The position numbers were made by a program, and so were the translations under genes. The notes under the pieces are model-generated. The model did no database searches. It was not told the origin of the DNA and saw only the letters and a list, made by a program, of their open reading frames with translations. This document shows, one piece after another, positions 47,601-57,184 of a stretch of 64,000 bases of DNA (positions are counted from its first letter, which is position 1; the number at the start of each line of letters is the position of its first letter). Origin of the DNA: Stegostoma tigrinum (Eukaryota); assembly GCF_030684315.1 (NCBI RefSeq), contig NC_081394.1:2666001-2730000 (forward strand), read 5' to 3'.

Positions 47601-49377
47601 TTTTCCCAAGGAATCCCCAGAGATCAACGCTACCTACACTGTAAGTAGAGCTCACGTACTAATTCACGCGCAACGTCAATTGAACCTAACATTATCGAGG
47701 GAGCAGTAAATCTCACTTATGATCATTTCCCACAGAGTGTGAACTTAGGGGAACAGTCGGTGTACAGTGACCTAAAAAGGTAGGATTCATGCTGTTTCCT
47801 CAAGCGTCAAACAATCAACCTATAATAGAAATCCATCCTGCTAAACATCCACCTTCATATCATGTATCTCTCAATTTATGTGCGAAATGTCTGTTTAATA
47901 GCTAACAGTTTATCTATNNNNNNNNNNNNNNNNNNNNNNNNNNNNNNNNNNNNNNNNNNNNNNNNNNNNNNNNNNNNNNNNNNNNNNNNNNNNNNNNNNN
48001 NNNNNNNNNNNNNNNNNNNNNNNNNNNNNNNNNNNNNNNNNNNNNNNNNNNNNNNNNNTATCTGTCCATCTTCATCTGTCTACCTATCTATCTATCTACA
48101 TCTATCTCTACATATCTCTATCTATCCAGCTATGTATATCTATCTCTCGATCTCTATCTATCTATCTATCTATCTTTGTCTATCTCTATCTATCTATGTA
48201 TCAATTTTTATCTATCTATATCTATCTATCTAAAAAACAAAAGAACTGTGGATGCTGTAAATTAGGAATAAAAATAAAGTTGCTGGAAAAGCTCAGCAGG
48301 TCTGGCAGCATCTGTGGAGGAGAAAACAGAGTTAACATTTCGGGTCTGTTGACCTTTCCTCAGAACTGATGGTATGTATGTGTGTACCTATCTATCTATC
48401 TATCCATATCTCTCTGTATATGTATTCATCTATCCATCTGTCTGTCTGTGTATCCATCTATCTATCTTTCTCTATCTGTCTAATTATCTATATATGTATC
48501 TATCCATCTTTCTCTAGCTTTCTTTCTATCTATCTATCTGCCTATCTGTCTATCTCTATCTATCTATGTATCTATCTTTATCTATCTATATTTATTTGTC
48601 TATCTATCTATCTCTATCTCTCTATATCTATCTATGTATCTGTCCATCTTCATCTGTCTACCTATCTATCTATCTTTCTATCTCTATCTATCTATCTATC
48701 TATCTATCTTTATCTATCCTTCTATCTATTGATCTATCTCTCTATCTATCTACATCTATGTATCTGTCCCTCTTTCTCTATCTATCTATCTGTCTTTCGA
48801 TCTGTATGTATCTATCCATCTTTATCTATCTGTATCTATCTATCTGTGCATTCCATATAAAAACTAAACGATCCTCTAAATCAGGAACAAAAACAGAAGT
48901 TGCTGGAAAAGCTCGGTAGGTCTGGCAGCATCCGTGAAGAAACTGGTCGGAGCTAATGTTTTGTGTCCAGTGACCCTTCTTCAGAAGGGTCCTTCCTATT
49001 CTGAGGAAGGGCCACTGGATTCAGAATGTTAGCTCCGATTGACCATTCACGGATGCTGCTAGAACTGCTGAACTTTTCCAGCAACTTCTGTTTTTATCTA
49101 TTGATCGATCTGTCTATCTATATCTATCTATCTATTTATCTATCTATCTATTAATCTATCTATCTATATCTATCTATCTATGTGCCTATCCTCTGTGTTA
49201 TCTGTTTATCTTTCTATCTTTGTATCTATTGACGCATCTATCCAGCTAACAGTTTGTTCAACCATTTCTGTATAACAGCTGTTTTAAATCCTTTATTCCG
49301 ATATATTTATACAGATTATGTTTGTTTATTTTGCCGATTTTGATCCTGGGTCTGTTATGCTTTTATTTTCCAGGTGA
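14838..49377 (+). CDS. Complete multi-exon nectin/PVR(CD155)-family Ig-superfamily receptor (leader-IgV-IgC-IgC-TM-cytoplasmic ITT+ITAM), 402 aa; join(14838..14907,17234..17572,21205..21498,31982..32099,35471..35622,37233..37343,44202..44248,47611..47640,47736..47779,49374..49377)
   Basis: All nine introns are GT..AG with matching phases (1,1,1,2,1,1,0,0,2); the joined 1209 nt reads open to TGA. The V domain has the PVR-family submotifs ITQ, (A/V)X6G (VVYNLKYG) and LFP in CEITLFPQG. The third Ig domain is split over two exons as in nectin genes. Confidence 0.88.
15305..15715 (-). mobile_element. Non-LTR retrotransposon RT C-terminal fragment (CR1/L2-group); second copy at 39690-40510 (-)
   Basis: KAQVR..MEY.P and [14 protein letters not shown] remnants in shifted frames. 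Confidence 0.7.
16815..17115 (+). mobile_element. Old CR1 3' end directly upstream of the + strand V exon
   Basis: gggccacagtctc..agactgagatgagga.gaatttcttctctc..ggctgaatggccta pattern. Confidence 0.7.
17234..17572 (+). CDS. Exon 2 of + gene: nectin-type IgV domain
   Basis: Acceptor tgtctttcgatag|TT, donor CTAG|gtatgt, 339 nt, phase 1-1; LPC..ITQFSW..DGSIRI..DEGNYTC..LFPQG V-set pattern. Confidence 0.95.
17608..18810. repeat. Long degenerate (TG)n microsatellite, partly N
   Basis: Direct reading. Confidence 0.95.
18810..19207 (+). mobile_element. Penelope-like element 3' end/pLTR
   Basis: Matches 43100-43455; includes CTGAAGAAGGGGCCTGGCCCGAAACGTC. Confidence 0.8.
19207..20000. repeat. Degenerate telomere-like (CCCTAA/CCCTGA/CCCTAG)n interstitial array
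   Basis: Hexamer periodicity, e.g. ccctaaccctaacccgaaccctaaccctaa. Confidence 0.85.
21205..21498 (+). CDS. Exon 3 of + gene: nectin-type IgC domain 2
   Basis: Acceptor ttttatctctgacag|TG, donor CTCT|gtaagt, 294 nt; [17 protein letters not shown]...[19 protein letters not shown] is typical of nectin domain 2. Confidence 0.93.
21748..23345 (-). mobile_element. 5'-truncated Penelope-like retroelement (RT C-terminal half + GIY-YIG endonuclease + pLTR), frameshifted, inserted in a SINE 52-bp array
   Basis: [27 protein letters not shown]; VYC....CGFLYIG.AKRRL GIY-YIG motif. Confidence 0.9.
23346..23700 (-). mobile_element. HE1/V-SINE-like tRNA SINE with about 4 copies of the internal 52-bp unit (continues at 21680-21747)
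   Basis: The - strand shows cggtggctcagtggttaac A box, gggttcaatccc B box and ctgtctgtgtg.agtttgcacattctcccc V-domain. Confidence 0.8.
23954..28195 (-). mobile_element. Near-full-length decayed CR1 LINE: ORF1 (27175-27927; Zn-finger/coiled coil + SGNH esterase), ORF2 in pieces (APE 25948-26832; RT 24059-25920), (ATTGTCT)n tail
   Basis: ORF1 [17 protein letters not shown]; APE VGITETW, MGDFN, GSDH; [34 protein letters not shown]; 5' boundary approximate. Confidence 0.93.
28405..29302 (+). mobile_element. CR1 3' fragment with a nested CR1 3' fragment of another subfamily (about 28692-29052)
   Basis: [20 protein letters not shown]; host sequence breaks at aagggacct and resumes at gggcctgaggggcaactttttc. 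Confidence 0.8.
29708..30230 (+). mobile_element. HE1/V-SINE-like element with about 7 tandem 52-bp units
   Basis: A/B boxes, then repeats of gggatgtgcaggttagggtggattggccgtgctaaattacccatagtgccca. Confidence 0.85.
30295..30745 (-). mobile_element. CR1 3' fragment
   Basis: [17 protein letters not shown]. Confidence 0.85.
31982..32099 (+). CDS. Exon 4 of + gene: first half of Ig domain 3 ([14 protein letters not shown]...[15 protein letters not shown])
   Basis: Acceptor ttttctttgtag|AT, phase-2 donor GG|gtacgt; matches the nectin Y-P-V-I-GYD..W...C...ANP-P..Y-W pattern. Confidence 0.92.
33445..33662 (-). mobile_element. HE1/V-SINE-like element (others at about 21036-21135, 32810-33015, 38700-38905, all -)
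   Basis: tRNA-like head plus V-domain. Confidence 0.8.
34506..35272. mobile_element. About 770-bp fold-back element (second Penelope-type family) inserted in a CR1 3' fragment (34065-35425)
   Basis: Arms about 34508-34825 and 34903-35241 are reverse complements; flanking duplication acagcat(g/t)taaa. Confidence 0.75.
35471..35622 (+). CDS. Exon 5 of + gene: second half of Ig domain 3 (LPEGV...[13 protein letters not shown])
   Basis: Acceptor aatttgcaag|G is phase-compatible with exon 4; donor TCAG|gtacac; contains the second Cys (CEAAN.VG). Confidence 0.9.
37233..37343 (+). CDS. Exon 6 of + gene: transmembrane exon ([37 protein letters not shown])
   Basis: Acceptor ctgttttaaaag|GT, donor GCAG|gtaaat, 111 nt, phase 1-1; about 24 hydrophobic residues followed by the basic stop-transfer KKQR; no charged TM residue. 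Confidence 0.88.
37490..37950 (+). mobile_element. HE1/V-SINE-like element with about 4 copies of the 52-bp unit
   Basis: A/B boxes, array, CR1-like tail. Confidence 0.8.
38033..38544 (+). mobile_element. Penelope 3' fragment with intact hammerhead motif (38451-38483) and 9-bp target duplication
   Basis: ATGGGTAAC at 38024-38032 and 38545-38553. Confidence 0.8.
41025..43455 (+). mobile_element. Long Penelope-like retroelement (RT + GIY-YIG with internal deletion), one frameshift near 41950; inverted pLTR remnant upstream (about 40553-40810)
   Basis: [33 protein letters not shown]; the endonuclease segment is deleted relative to the 21748-23345 copy. Confidence 0.9.
44202..44248 (+). CDS. 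Exon 7 of + gene: cytoplasmic exon [16 protein letters not shown] (YxN/ITT-like motif)
   Basis: Strong acceptor ctttattccttcag|AG, donor CAG|gtcagt, phase 1-0. Confidence 0.78.
44710..46480 (-). mobile_element. Decayed Penelope-like element of a second family, with nested CR1 ends (45070-45460)
   Basis: [12 protein letters not shown] remnant; terminus ggtcagaaatcac.caaca..aggttatagtcc shared with the 34506 fold-back. Confidence 0.6.
47007..47255. mobile_element. Short palindromic element (third pLTR-like family); related copies at 48235-48370, 48880-49095, 60390-60470, 53630-53750
   Basis: gttgctggaaaagctcagcaggtctggcagcatctg...cagatgctgccagacctgctgagcttttccagcaac. Confidence 0.7.
47611..47640 (+). 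CDS. Exon 8 of + gene: [10 protein letters not shown] (first ITAM tyrosine)
   Basis: Acceptor cttttttcccaag|GAA, consensus donor ACT|gtaagt, phase 0-0. Confidence 0.82.
47736..47779 (+). CDS. Exon 9 of + gene: [14 protein letters not shown] (second ITAM tyrosine)
   Basis: Acceptor catttcccacag|AGT after a 95-nt intron; donor AG|gtagga; read-through would give AGG TAG, the same R-stop. Confidence 0.82.
47860..49245. repeat. Degenerate (TCTA)n field, partly N, in the last intron of the + gene
   Basis: Direct reading. Confidence 0.9.
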
Positions 49378-49670
49378 GATGCTGGGAATGTTCTGCCTCA
49401 GTAAACACCAGCTTTTGAACAGCGTATCACTCTCCATTTGACCCTGTGCTTTCGTTTCAATTTCAAAAGAATCCTTATGAAACTTTTGTCCTCAAAGACA
49501 CAGACAGGATTCAAATCTTTGGCTATTTAATGCTGCAGTATATTTCTGTGCTTTAAATCAAGTTTAGGGACACCTCCCTACTGGAGACCTAGGGAACACA
49601 GGTATTTTATAAGTCTACCTTTCCCAACGTTCAGAACATTTTTAATAAAAATTTGTTCAGAGAAGAGTGA
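49374..49670 (+). other. Probable terminal exon of + gene: G-TGA stop (49375-49377), 3'UTR and AATAAA at 49644-49649
   Basis: Acceptor cttttattttccag|GTGA completes AG+G=Arg then stop; unique non-repeat sequence followed by a canonical polyA signal. Confidence 0.6.
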
Positions 49671-50111
49671 AACTGGGCCAGCACTTGTTACCCAGAGGGC
49701 AGTTAAGAGTTAACCACACTTGCTTGGGTCTGGAGTCATATATAGACCACATCGGGTAAGGATGGCAGTTTCCTTCCCCTGAAGTATATTAGTGAACCAG
49801 GTGGGTTTTTCCAAAACAATGGTTTCATTATCATCATTTGACTGTTAATTCCCAATTTTTATTGAATCTAAATTTCACCGTCGGCAGGATTTGAACCCAG
49901 GCCTCCTCAGAATAATACATGTGTCACTGGATTAATACTCTAGCTCTGTTACTACTTAGGCCAGCACACTTTCTTGCCCCATACTTGTCACTCCCATATC
50001 TTAGTGTCTAACTGTTCTCCATCTTTAAATGTTACCTCCCAAACCACAAATATTTGCAATTTCCTATTTGTTCTCTCCAGGTCTTACACTGAGTGTGAAA
50101 TCATGATATGG

Positions 50112-51030
50112 GTGGCACGGTGGCTCAGCGGTTAGCACTGCTGCCTCACAGCACTAGGGACCTGGGTTTGATCCCGCCCTCAGGCGGCTGTCTGTGTGAA
50201 GTTTGCACATTCTCTGCGTGCCTGTGTGGGTTTCCTCTGGGTGCTACGGTTTCCTCCCACAGCCCAAAGACGTGCGGGTTAGGGTGGATTGGCCGTGCTA
50301 AATTGTCCCATAGTGCCCAGGGATGTGCAGGTTAGGGTGGATAGGCCATGCTAAATTACCCATAGTGCCCAGGGATGTGCAGGTTAGGGTGGATTGGCCA
50401 TGCTAAATTACCCATAGTGCCCAGGGATGTGCAGGTTAGGGTGGATTGGCTGTGCTAAATTACCCATAGTGCCCAGGGGTGTGCAGGTTAGGGTGGATTG
50501 GCCATGTTAAATTACCCATAGTGCTCAGGGATGTGCAGGAGAGGGTGGATTGGCTGTGCTAAATTACCCATAGTGCCCAGGGATGTGCAGGTTAGGGTGG
50601 GATTGGCCATGCTAAATTACCCATAGTGCCCAGGGATGTGCAGGTTAGGGTGGATTGGCCATGCTAAATTACCCATAGTGCCCAGGGATGTGCAGGTTAG
50701 GGTGGATTGGCTGTGCTAAATTACCCATAGTGCCCAGGGGTGTGCAGGTTAGGGTGGATTGGCCGTGTTAAATTACCCATAGTGCTCAGGGATGTGCAGG
50801 AGAGGGTGGATTGGCTGTGCTAAATTACCCATAGTGCCCAGGGATGTGCAGGTTAGGGTGGGATTGGCCATGCTAAATTACCCATAGTGCCCAGGGATGT
50901 GCAGGATTGGTGGGCTAGCCATCATAAAAGCCCCATGTAGAGTTATAGAAATGAGGTGTGGGTCTGTATGGAACGTTGGTTCAAATTTGATGGGCTGAAT
51001 AGCCACTTTCTGCACTGTGAACATTCTATG
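50112..51030 (+). mobile_element. HE1/V-SINE-like element with about 12 tandem 52-bp units (50270-50905)
   Basis: ggcacggtggctcagcggttagcactgctgcctcacagc head plus array. Confidence 0.85.
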
Positions 51031-51540
51031 ATTACAGGGCATTGTGTTGGTAGAGTGCTGCAACTGGTTGACTATTAATTCAGGGAGATCAAGTAGTGTC
51101 CTGAGGACCTGGGTTCAAATCCTACCATGGTGGAATTTGAAATCCAGTTGAAAAATCAGGAATTAAGAATTGTGTGGTAACAGTGAAACTGTTGGAGGAA
51201 AAGCCCATCTGATTCACCATTTCCCTTTAGGGAAGGGAAATCTGCCGTCCTTACCTGATCTGGGTCTACATGTGACTCGAGACCCACAGCAATGTGGTTG
51301 GCTCTTAGCTGATCCCTGGGAAATCAGGGATGAGCAATAAATGCTGGCCTGGCTCGTGATGTCCATATCCTGTGGATGAAAATAAAACTTCACATGATGC
51401 CTGGCCGTCGATTTTGAGAAATGAAATGGGCCTCAGGAAACTTGCTTTAAAATGTTCAGAAAGGTTTCTGTGCTGAGAGGCCTCAGGAGATCCTTATCAT
51501 GAAAGACTTTGATGCTCGTCTAATTGTTTGTCACAGATAT

Positions 51541-53433
51541 TGTGAAGATGCTGTGAATTTATGAAGTTATTTTGTCCTGTATTTTCTGTTTTGAAGAGAG
51601 ATTGTAAGGCAGGGGCACAGGACAGTCTACCAGAACCGCACCAGTAAACACCTTCAGAGGCCTTGGGTATTTTTGTAACAGTCTGAAGGGGAATGGCCAG
51701 CTCTCACAGCTCCTGGGCGTTTAGGGCTAGCTTTAAGCAGAAGCATTTGGGGTCTCAACACCATTGAAGGTTCAGCGAGACATTGACACAATGCAGAGCT
51801 GGGCTGAGAAATGGCAGATGGAGTTCAACCTGGATAAATGCGAGGTGATGCATTTTGGAAGGTCGAACTTAAATGCTGAATATAGGATTAAAGGCCGGAT
51901 TCTCGGCAGCGTGGAGGAACAGCAGGATCTTGGTGTTCAAGTGCATTGCTCCCTCAAAGTTGCCACCCGGGTGGATAAGGTTGGTAAGAAAGCATATGGT
52001 GTTTTGGCTTTCATTAACAGGGGGATTGAGTTTAAGAGCCGCGAGGTTATGCTGCAGCTCTACAAAACCCTGGTGGGACCACACTTGGAATATTGTACCC
52101 TATTATAGGAAAGATGTGGAGGCTTTGGAAAGGGTGCAAAGGAGGTTTGCCAGGATGCTGCCTGGACTGGAGGTCTTGTCTTACGAGGAGAGGTTGACTG
52201 AGCTCGGACTTTTCTCTTTGGAGAGAAGGAGGAAGAGAGGTGACCTGATCGAGGTGTACAAGGTAATGAGGCATGGATAGAGTTGATAGCCAGAGACTTT
52301 TCCCCAGGGCAGGATTGACTGCCACGAGGGGTCATAGTTTTAAGGTGTTAGGAGGAAGTTATAGAGGAGGCGTCAGAGGGAGATTCGTCACCCAGAGAGT
52401 TGTGAGCGCATGGAATAGTTTACCAGTGGTAGTCGTCGAAGCAGAGCCATTTGTGACATTTAAGCGACTGCTAGACATGCACATGGACAGCAGCGAATTG
52501 AGGGGAATGTAGGTTAGGTTATTTTATTTTTGGATTAGGATTATTCCACGGCACAAAATCGTGGACCGAAGAGCCTGTACTGTGCTGTATTTTTCTATTT
52601 TCTATGTTCTATGTTTCTACTCTCTCTGAATTTTCTCTTGAAGTATTTTTCCTCCTGGATTGGAGAACTACATGTGAGAATCTGTGTCTGAATTTTCCCT
52701 TTGTTTGCCAAGGGTTATAGATGTTACTATTTTGGAAGAATGAATTAGTGATAGCTACTGTATCTATTATTCAGTTAAGTTTTCAAAAGGAGTTAAGTTA
52801 TTCTAAGTTCTTCTTTCTTTTGTTGTATTTTTAATTGATGTCATAGTTATAAGGTAACAGCACGGGAACAGACCCTTCAGTCTAACCAATCCATGCTGAA
52901 TGTAATCCCAAACTAAACCAGTCTCACCTGCCCTGCTCCGGGCCCATATCCCTCCAAACCTTTCTTATTCATGTCCCTATCCAAATGTCTTTTAAACGCT
53001 GTAACTGTACCCACACCCACCACTTCCTCAGGAAGCTCATACCCTCTGTGTAACCACCCTCAGTATGAAAACATTGTCTCCTATACCTTTTCTAAATCTC
53101 TCTCTTCTCACCTTAATAATGTGACCCCGAGTCGTGAAATCTCCCACCCTCAAGAAAAGTCAGCTACCACTAACCATATCTACACCCCTCATTGTTTTAT
53201 AATCTTCTATCAGATCGCCTCTCTACCTCCTACAGCTCCAGCGAAAGGAGACCCAGCCTATCCAGCATTTCTTGTGTTTGAATAAATTGAGATTTGCTTT
53301 AATGTTGAGTAGTTCGACAGGTCGCTTAGCATCTGGAACACACACTTCACTATTGTCCTTAAAAACGAGAAAAAGCTTGGATCTAAGCTACCTTCTTAAA
53401 ATATTTTGAGGGGTTCTGGACTGGTCCATAACA
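51541..53433 (+). mobile_element. Gypsy-type solo LTR (TG..CA) interrupted by two CR1 fragments (51765-52612 +, 52842-53270 -)
   Basis: Starts tgtgaagatg..ttattttgtcctg, ends ggtccataaca; reverse complement of 1076-1895 and 4222-4800. Confidence 0.6.
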
Positions 53434-53849
53434 GTGTAAAAGTATTTTTAATGCTTCAGTAATGGTGTCATGTTCTACTAAATAACTTGCTTGTTCGTAT
53501 GTAATTTGACATATTTTTGTTAACCGAAGATATTTTGAAATGGATAGACCTATAGGGATTGCTAAGTGAATAGTGCACACCCATACCCCCAAAATAAGAA
53601 GTACAATAATGATCAGAAGATCTACATTAAAAATGAAGAACTGCAGATGTTGGAAATCGGGAACTAAAACAGAAACCACGAGGAACATTCAGCAGAGACA
53701 AGTAACATCTGTGCAGAGAAATCAGAATTCGGGTCTGGTGATGCTTCAGGATGGATTCGAGCTTGGAAAAGCTATACGCTGAAAGATTAGAATGGAATCT
53801 GTCAGAGAGGAGGAGAACTTCTTTTCTTAATTAAATTATATCTTCTTAA

Positions 53850-55203
53850 GTCTCACGTCTGTCGTCTGCAAGGTGTTCGAAAGGATTCTGAGGGATGGGA
53901 TTTATGGCCATCTGGAAGAGCATGGCTTGATCAAATACAGTCAACACGGCTTTGTGAGGGGTAGGTCATGCCTCACAAACCTTATCGAGTTCTTTGAGGA
54001 TGTGACTAGAAAAGTTGATGAGGGTCGAGCTGTGAATGTGGTGTATATGGACTTCAGTAAGGCATTTGATAAGGTTCCCCATGGTAGGCTCATTCAGAAG
54101 GTCAGGAGGAATGGGATACAGGGGAACTTAGCTGCCTGGATACAGAATTGGCTGGCCAGCAGAAGACAGCGAGTGGTAGTAGAAGGAAAATATTCTGCCT
54201 GGAAGTCAGTGGTGAGTGGGGTTCCACAGGGCTCTGTCCTTGGGCCTCTTCTGTTTGTAATTTTTATTAATGACTTGGATGAGGGGATTGAAGGATGGGT
54301 CAGCAAGTTTGCAGATGACACAAAGGTTGGAGATGTCGTTGACAGTGTAGAGGGCTGTTGTAGGCTGCAGCGGGACATTGACAGGATGCAGAGATGGGCT
54401 GAGAGGTGGCAGATGGAGTTCAACCTGGATAAATGCGAACTGATGCATTTTGGAAGGTCAAATTTGAAAGCTGAGTACAGGATTAAGGATAGGATTCTTG
54501 GCAGTGTGGAGGAACAGAGGGATCTTGGTGTGTAGATACATAGATCCCTTAAAATGGCCACCCAAGTGGACAGGGTTGTTAAGAAAGCATATGGTGTTTT
54601 GGCTTTCGTTAACAGGGGGATTGAGTTTAAGAGGCGTGAGATCTTGTTGCAGCTCTATAAAATTTTGGTTAGACCGCATTTGGAATACTGCGTCCAGTTC
54701 TGGTCGCCGTATTATAGGAAAGATGTGGATGCTTTGAAGAGGGTTCAGAGGAGGTTTACCAGGATGCTGCCTGGACTGGAGGGCTTATCTTATGAAGAGA
54801 GGTTGACTGAGCTCGGTCTCTATTCATTGGAGAAAAGGAGGAGGAGAGGGGACCTCATTGAGGTATACAAGATAATGAGAGGCATAGATAGAGTTGATAG
54901 CCAGAGACTATTTCCCAGGGCAGAAATGGCTAGCACGAGGGGTCGTAGTTTTAAGCTGGTTGGAGGAAAGTATAGAGGGGATGTCAGAGGCGGGTTCTTT
55001 ACACAGAGAGTTGTGAGAGCATGGAATGCGTTGCCAGCAGCAGTTGCGGAAGCAAGGTCATTGGGGTCATTTAAGAGACTGCTGGACATGCATATGGTCA
55101 CAGAAATTTGAGGGTGCATACATGAGGATCAATGGTCGGCAGAACATTGTTGGCTGAAGGGCCTGTCCAGTGCTGTACTGTTCTATGTTCTATGTTCTAT
55201 GTT
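53850..55203 (+). mobile_element. 5'-truncated, relatively young CR1 LINE (RT + 3'UTR, (TTCTATG)n tail)
   Basis: [37 protein letters not shown]; few disablements. Confidence 0.92.
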
Positions 55204-55665
55204 TAATTAAACCTACATTTTCTTAGTTAAATCTGCATTTTTTTCATTAAATCCAATTTTTCTCAGTTAAATCTATATTTTCTTTAGTTAAATGCACATT
55301 TTAAAATAAATGTATATTTTCTGTCATTAAAACTATATTTTCTTTCGTTTAATCTACTTTTTAAAATTTTAATCTATATGTTCTTTTGTTAGTCTACATT
55401 TTCTTATTGAATCTATACTTGTTCATTAAATCTATATTTTATCAGTTAAATCAATATGTTCTTTAGTTAAATCTATACTTTCTTTAGTTAAATCCACATT
55501 TTTAGTTAAATATTTTTTCTTTAGTTAAATCTATATTTTCTTTAATCTACATCTTCTTTAGGTATATCTGTATTTTTTTTGTTACATCTTCATTTTTCTG
55601 AGTTAGATCTATATTTTTGTCATTAAGTCTATGGTTCTTTGGTTAAATCGATATTTTCTTAGTTT
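55204..55665. repeat. AT-rich minisatellite, unit about 20-22 bp (tagttaaatctatattttcttt)
   Basis: About 20 degenerate copies. Confidence 0.85.
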
Positions 55666-55904
55666 TGGCACTCTTGGTGTGTTTGAAGTTTGGTGACATT
55701 TTTAATGGTGAGAATCATCCCCCCCCCCCGCCCCCCCCAATAAAAGTGTGCACCATGTTATTTTCAACACTCGGTCGAATCTCGAGCAGCTTGGTCTCTT
55801 TCCAGATCCTCAGCGAATGACTCACTCTTTATAACTGCTTTTTAATTGGATGATCAAGTAGTGCTATGCAACCTAAAGCAAACAACAAGTAATTCCCCTT
55901 GGAT

Positions 55905-56660
55905 TTTATTGACTGATTGATCGATTTATTGTCACGTGTACCGAAATACAGTGAAAACCTTTGTTTACGAGCGGTACGAGCAGGTCATAGGAAGCAAAGG
56001 ATGTACAGGTCAAAAAGGCTCAGATAGGTTACACTGCACAGGGCGTGCGCTAGGCGAGATCAGCGTTAGCAAGATCAGCGTTATTTGAAGCTGGAGAGTC
56101 CATTCATCAGTCTGATAACAGCCGGGAATCAGCTGTTCCTGAGCCTGCTTGTGAGTGTGTTCAGTTTTCTGTATCTTCTACCTGACAGAAGAGGTTACAG
56201 GAGATCATTACTGGGCGCGATGGGTCTTTGCTGATGCTAACAGCCTTTCCCCAGCAGTGAGCCCTGTAAATGGAGCCTATGGTTGGAAGGTTGGCTTCTG
56301 TGATGATCAGGGTTATGCACACGACCTTCTGTAATTTTCACAGTCCTTGGCCGAGCAGCTGCTGTACCAGGCCATTATGCACCCGGACAGTATGCTTCCA
56401 ATGGTGCATCTGTAGATGTTGGCGAGGGACCTTATGACAGGCCAAATTTCCTGAGCAGCCTGAGGAAGAAGGGAAATTGTTGGGCCTTCGAGTGTTGCAT
56501 CTATGTGGGAAGTCCGGGACAAGTTCTTGTTTATTGTCACTCTGAGGAACTTGATGCTCTCCATCATCTCAACTCAGCTCCGATGATGTCGATGAGGTGG
56601 GGGGGGGGGGGGGGGGGGGGGGGTGCAGTTCTCCTGCTTTCTTCCTGAATTTTTGCCGAC
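55905..56660 (-). mobile_element. Rex/Babar-like LINE 3' fragment (related pieces at 63235-64000 and 43620-43850)
   Basis: IKFL.VTI..NLS.TSHI and YRCTI.SILSGCI.AWY remnants. Confidence 0.6.
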
Positions 56661-57184
56661 CTTGAGAGACCAAGTTGCATCAAAAGAAAGATCTGAAGCA
56701 GAGAGGGAAGACTCAGCTCATGTCGAAACGTGTGGCAGAGGGAAGAATTTACACACCGTTCAGCAGGAGAGACAGGGTGCAAAACACACAGAATTGTTGG
56801 AAACAAAACTGTGGAAAAGCAAAGTGAGGTTCAAGGCAGAACATAAAAGCATCTGAGACTGAACAAGGTGCATCTGCAACAGAGCACGTGCTTTAGCTCT
56901 GAGCCGATGTCAAAGGTCAATTCAAAATAGCCCGATCCACCCCCGCCCTGGGATGACCTCTTATCGGACAGAAGGACAAGATGCTTAACCTAACGGTCAC
57001 CAAGCCTCAGGCAAGGGGAAACGGTTGGATCGGCGAGTCCTCCATGGCAACATCAGCTGGATGTGGGAATTGAGCTGACAAAGTGAGCACCACTCTACTT
57101 TGCAAGTTAGCCGCCCAACGAACTGAGCTAACAGGAGACAAATACCTTTAGGTTACAGGCACAACTTTTATGCATTTAAGGTTT

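Noticed and set aside
47862-48919. Hydrophobic YLSI-rich ORFs
   Set aside because: Translations of (TCTA)n
14838-49377. Assigning NECTIN1-4, PVR, CD96 or CD226 as gene symbol
   Set aside because: The ectodomain is nectin-like but the tail and architecture match none; orthology cannot be established without phylogeny and synteny
50112-50180. tRNA-like sequences with A and B boxes
   Set aside because: SINE heads, not tRNA genes; they continue into the SINE body
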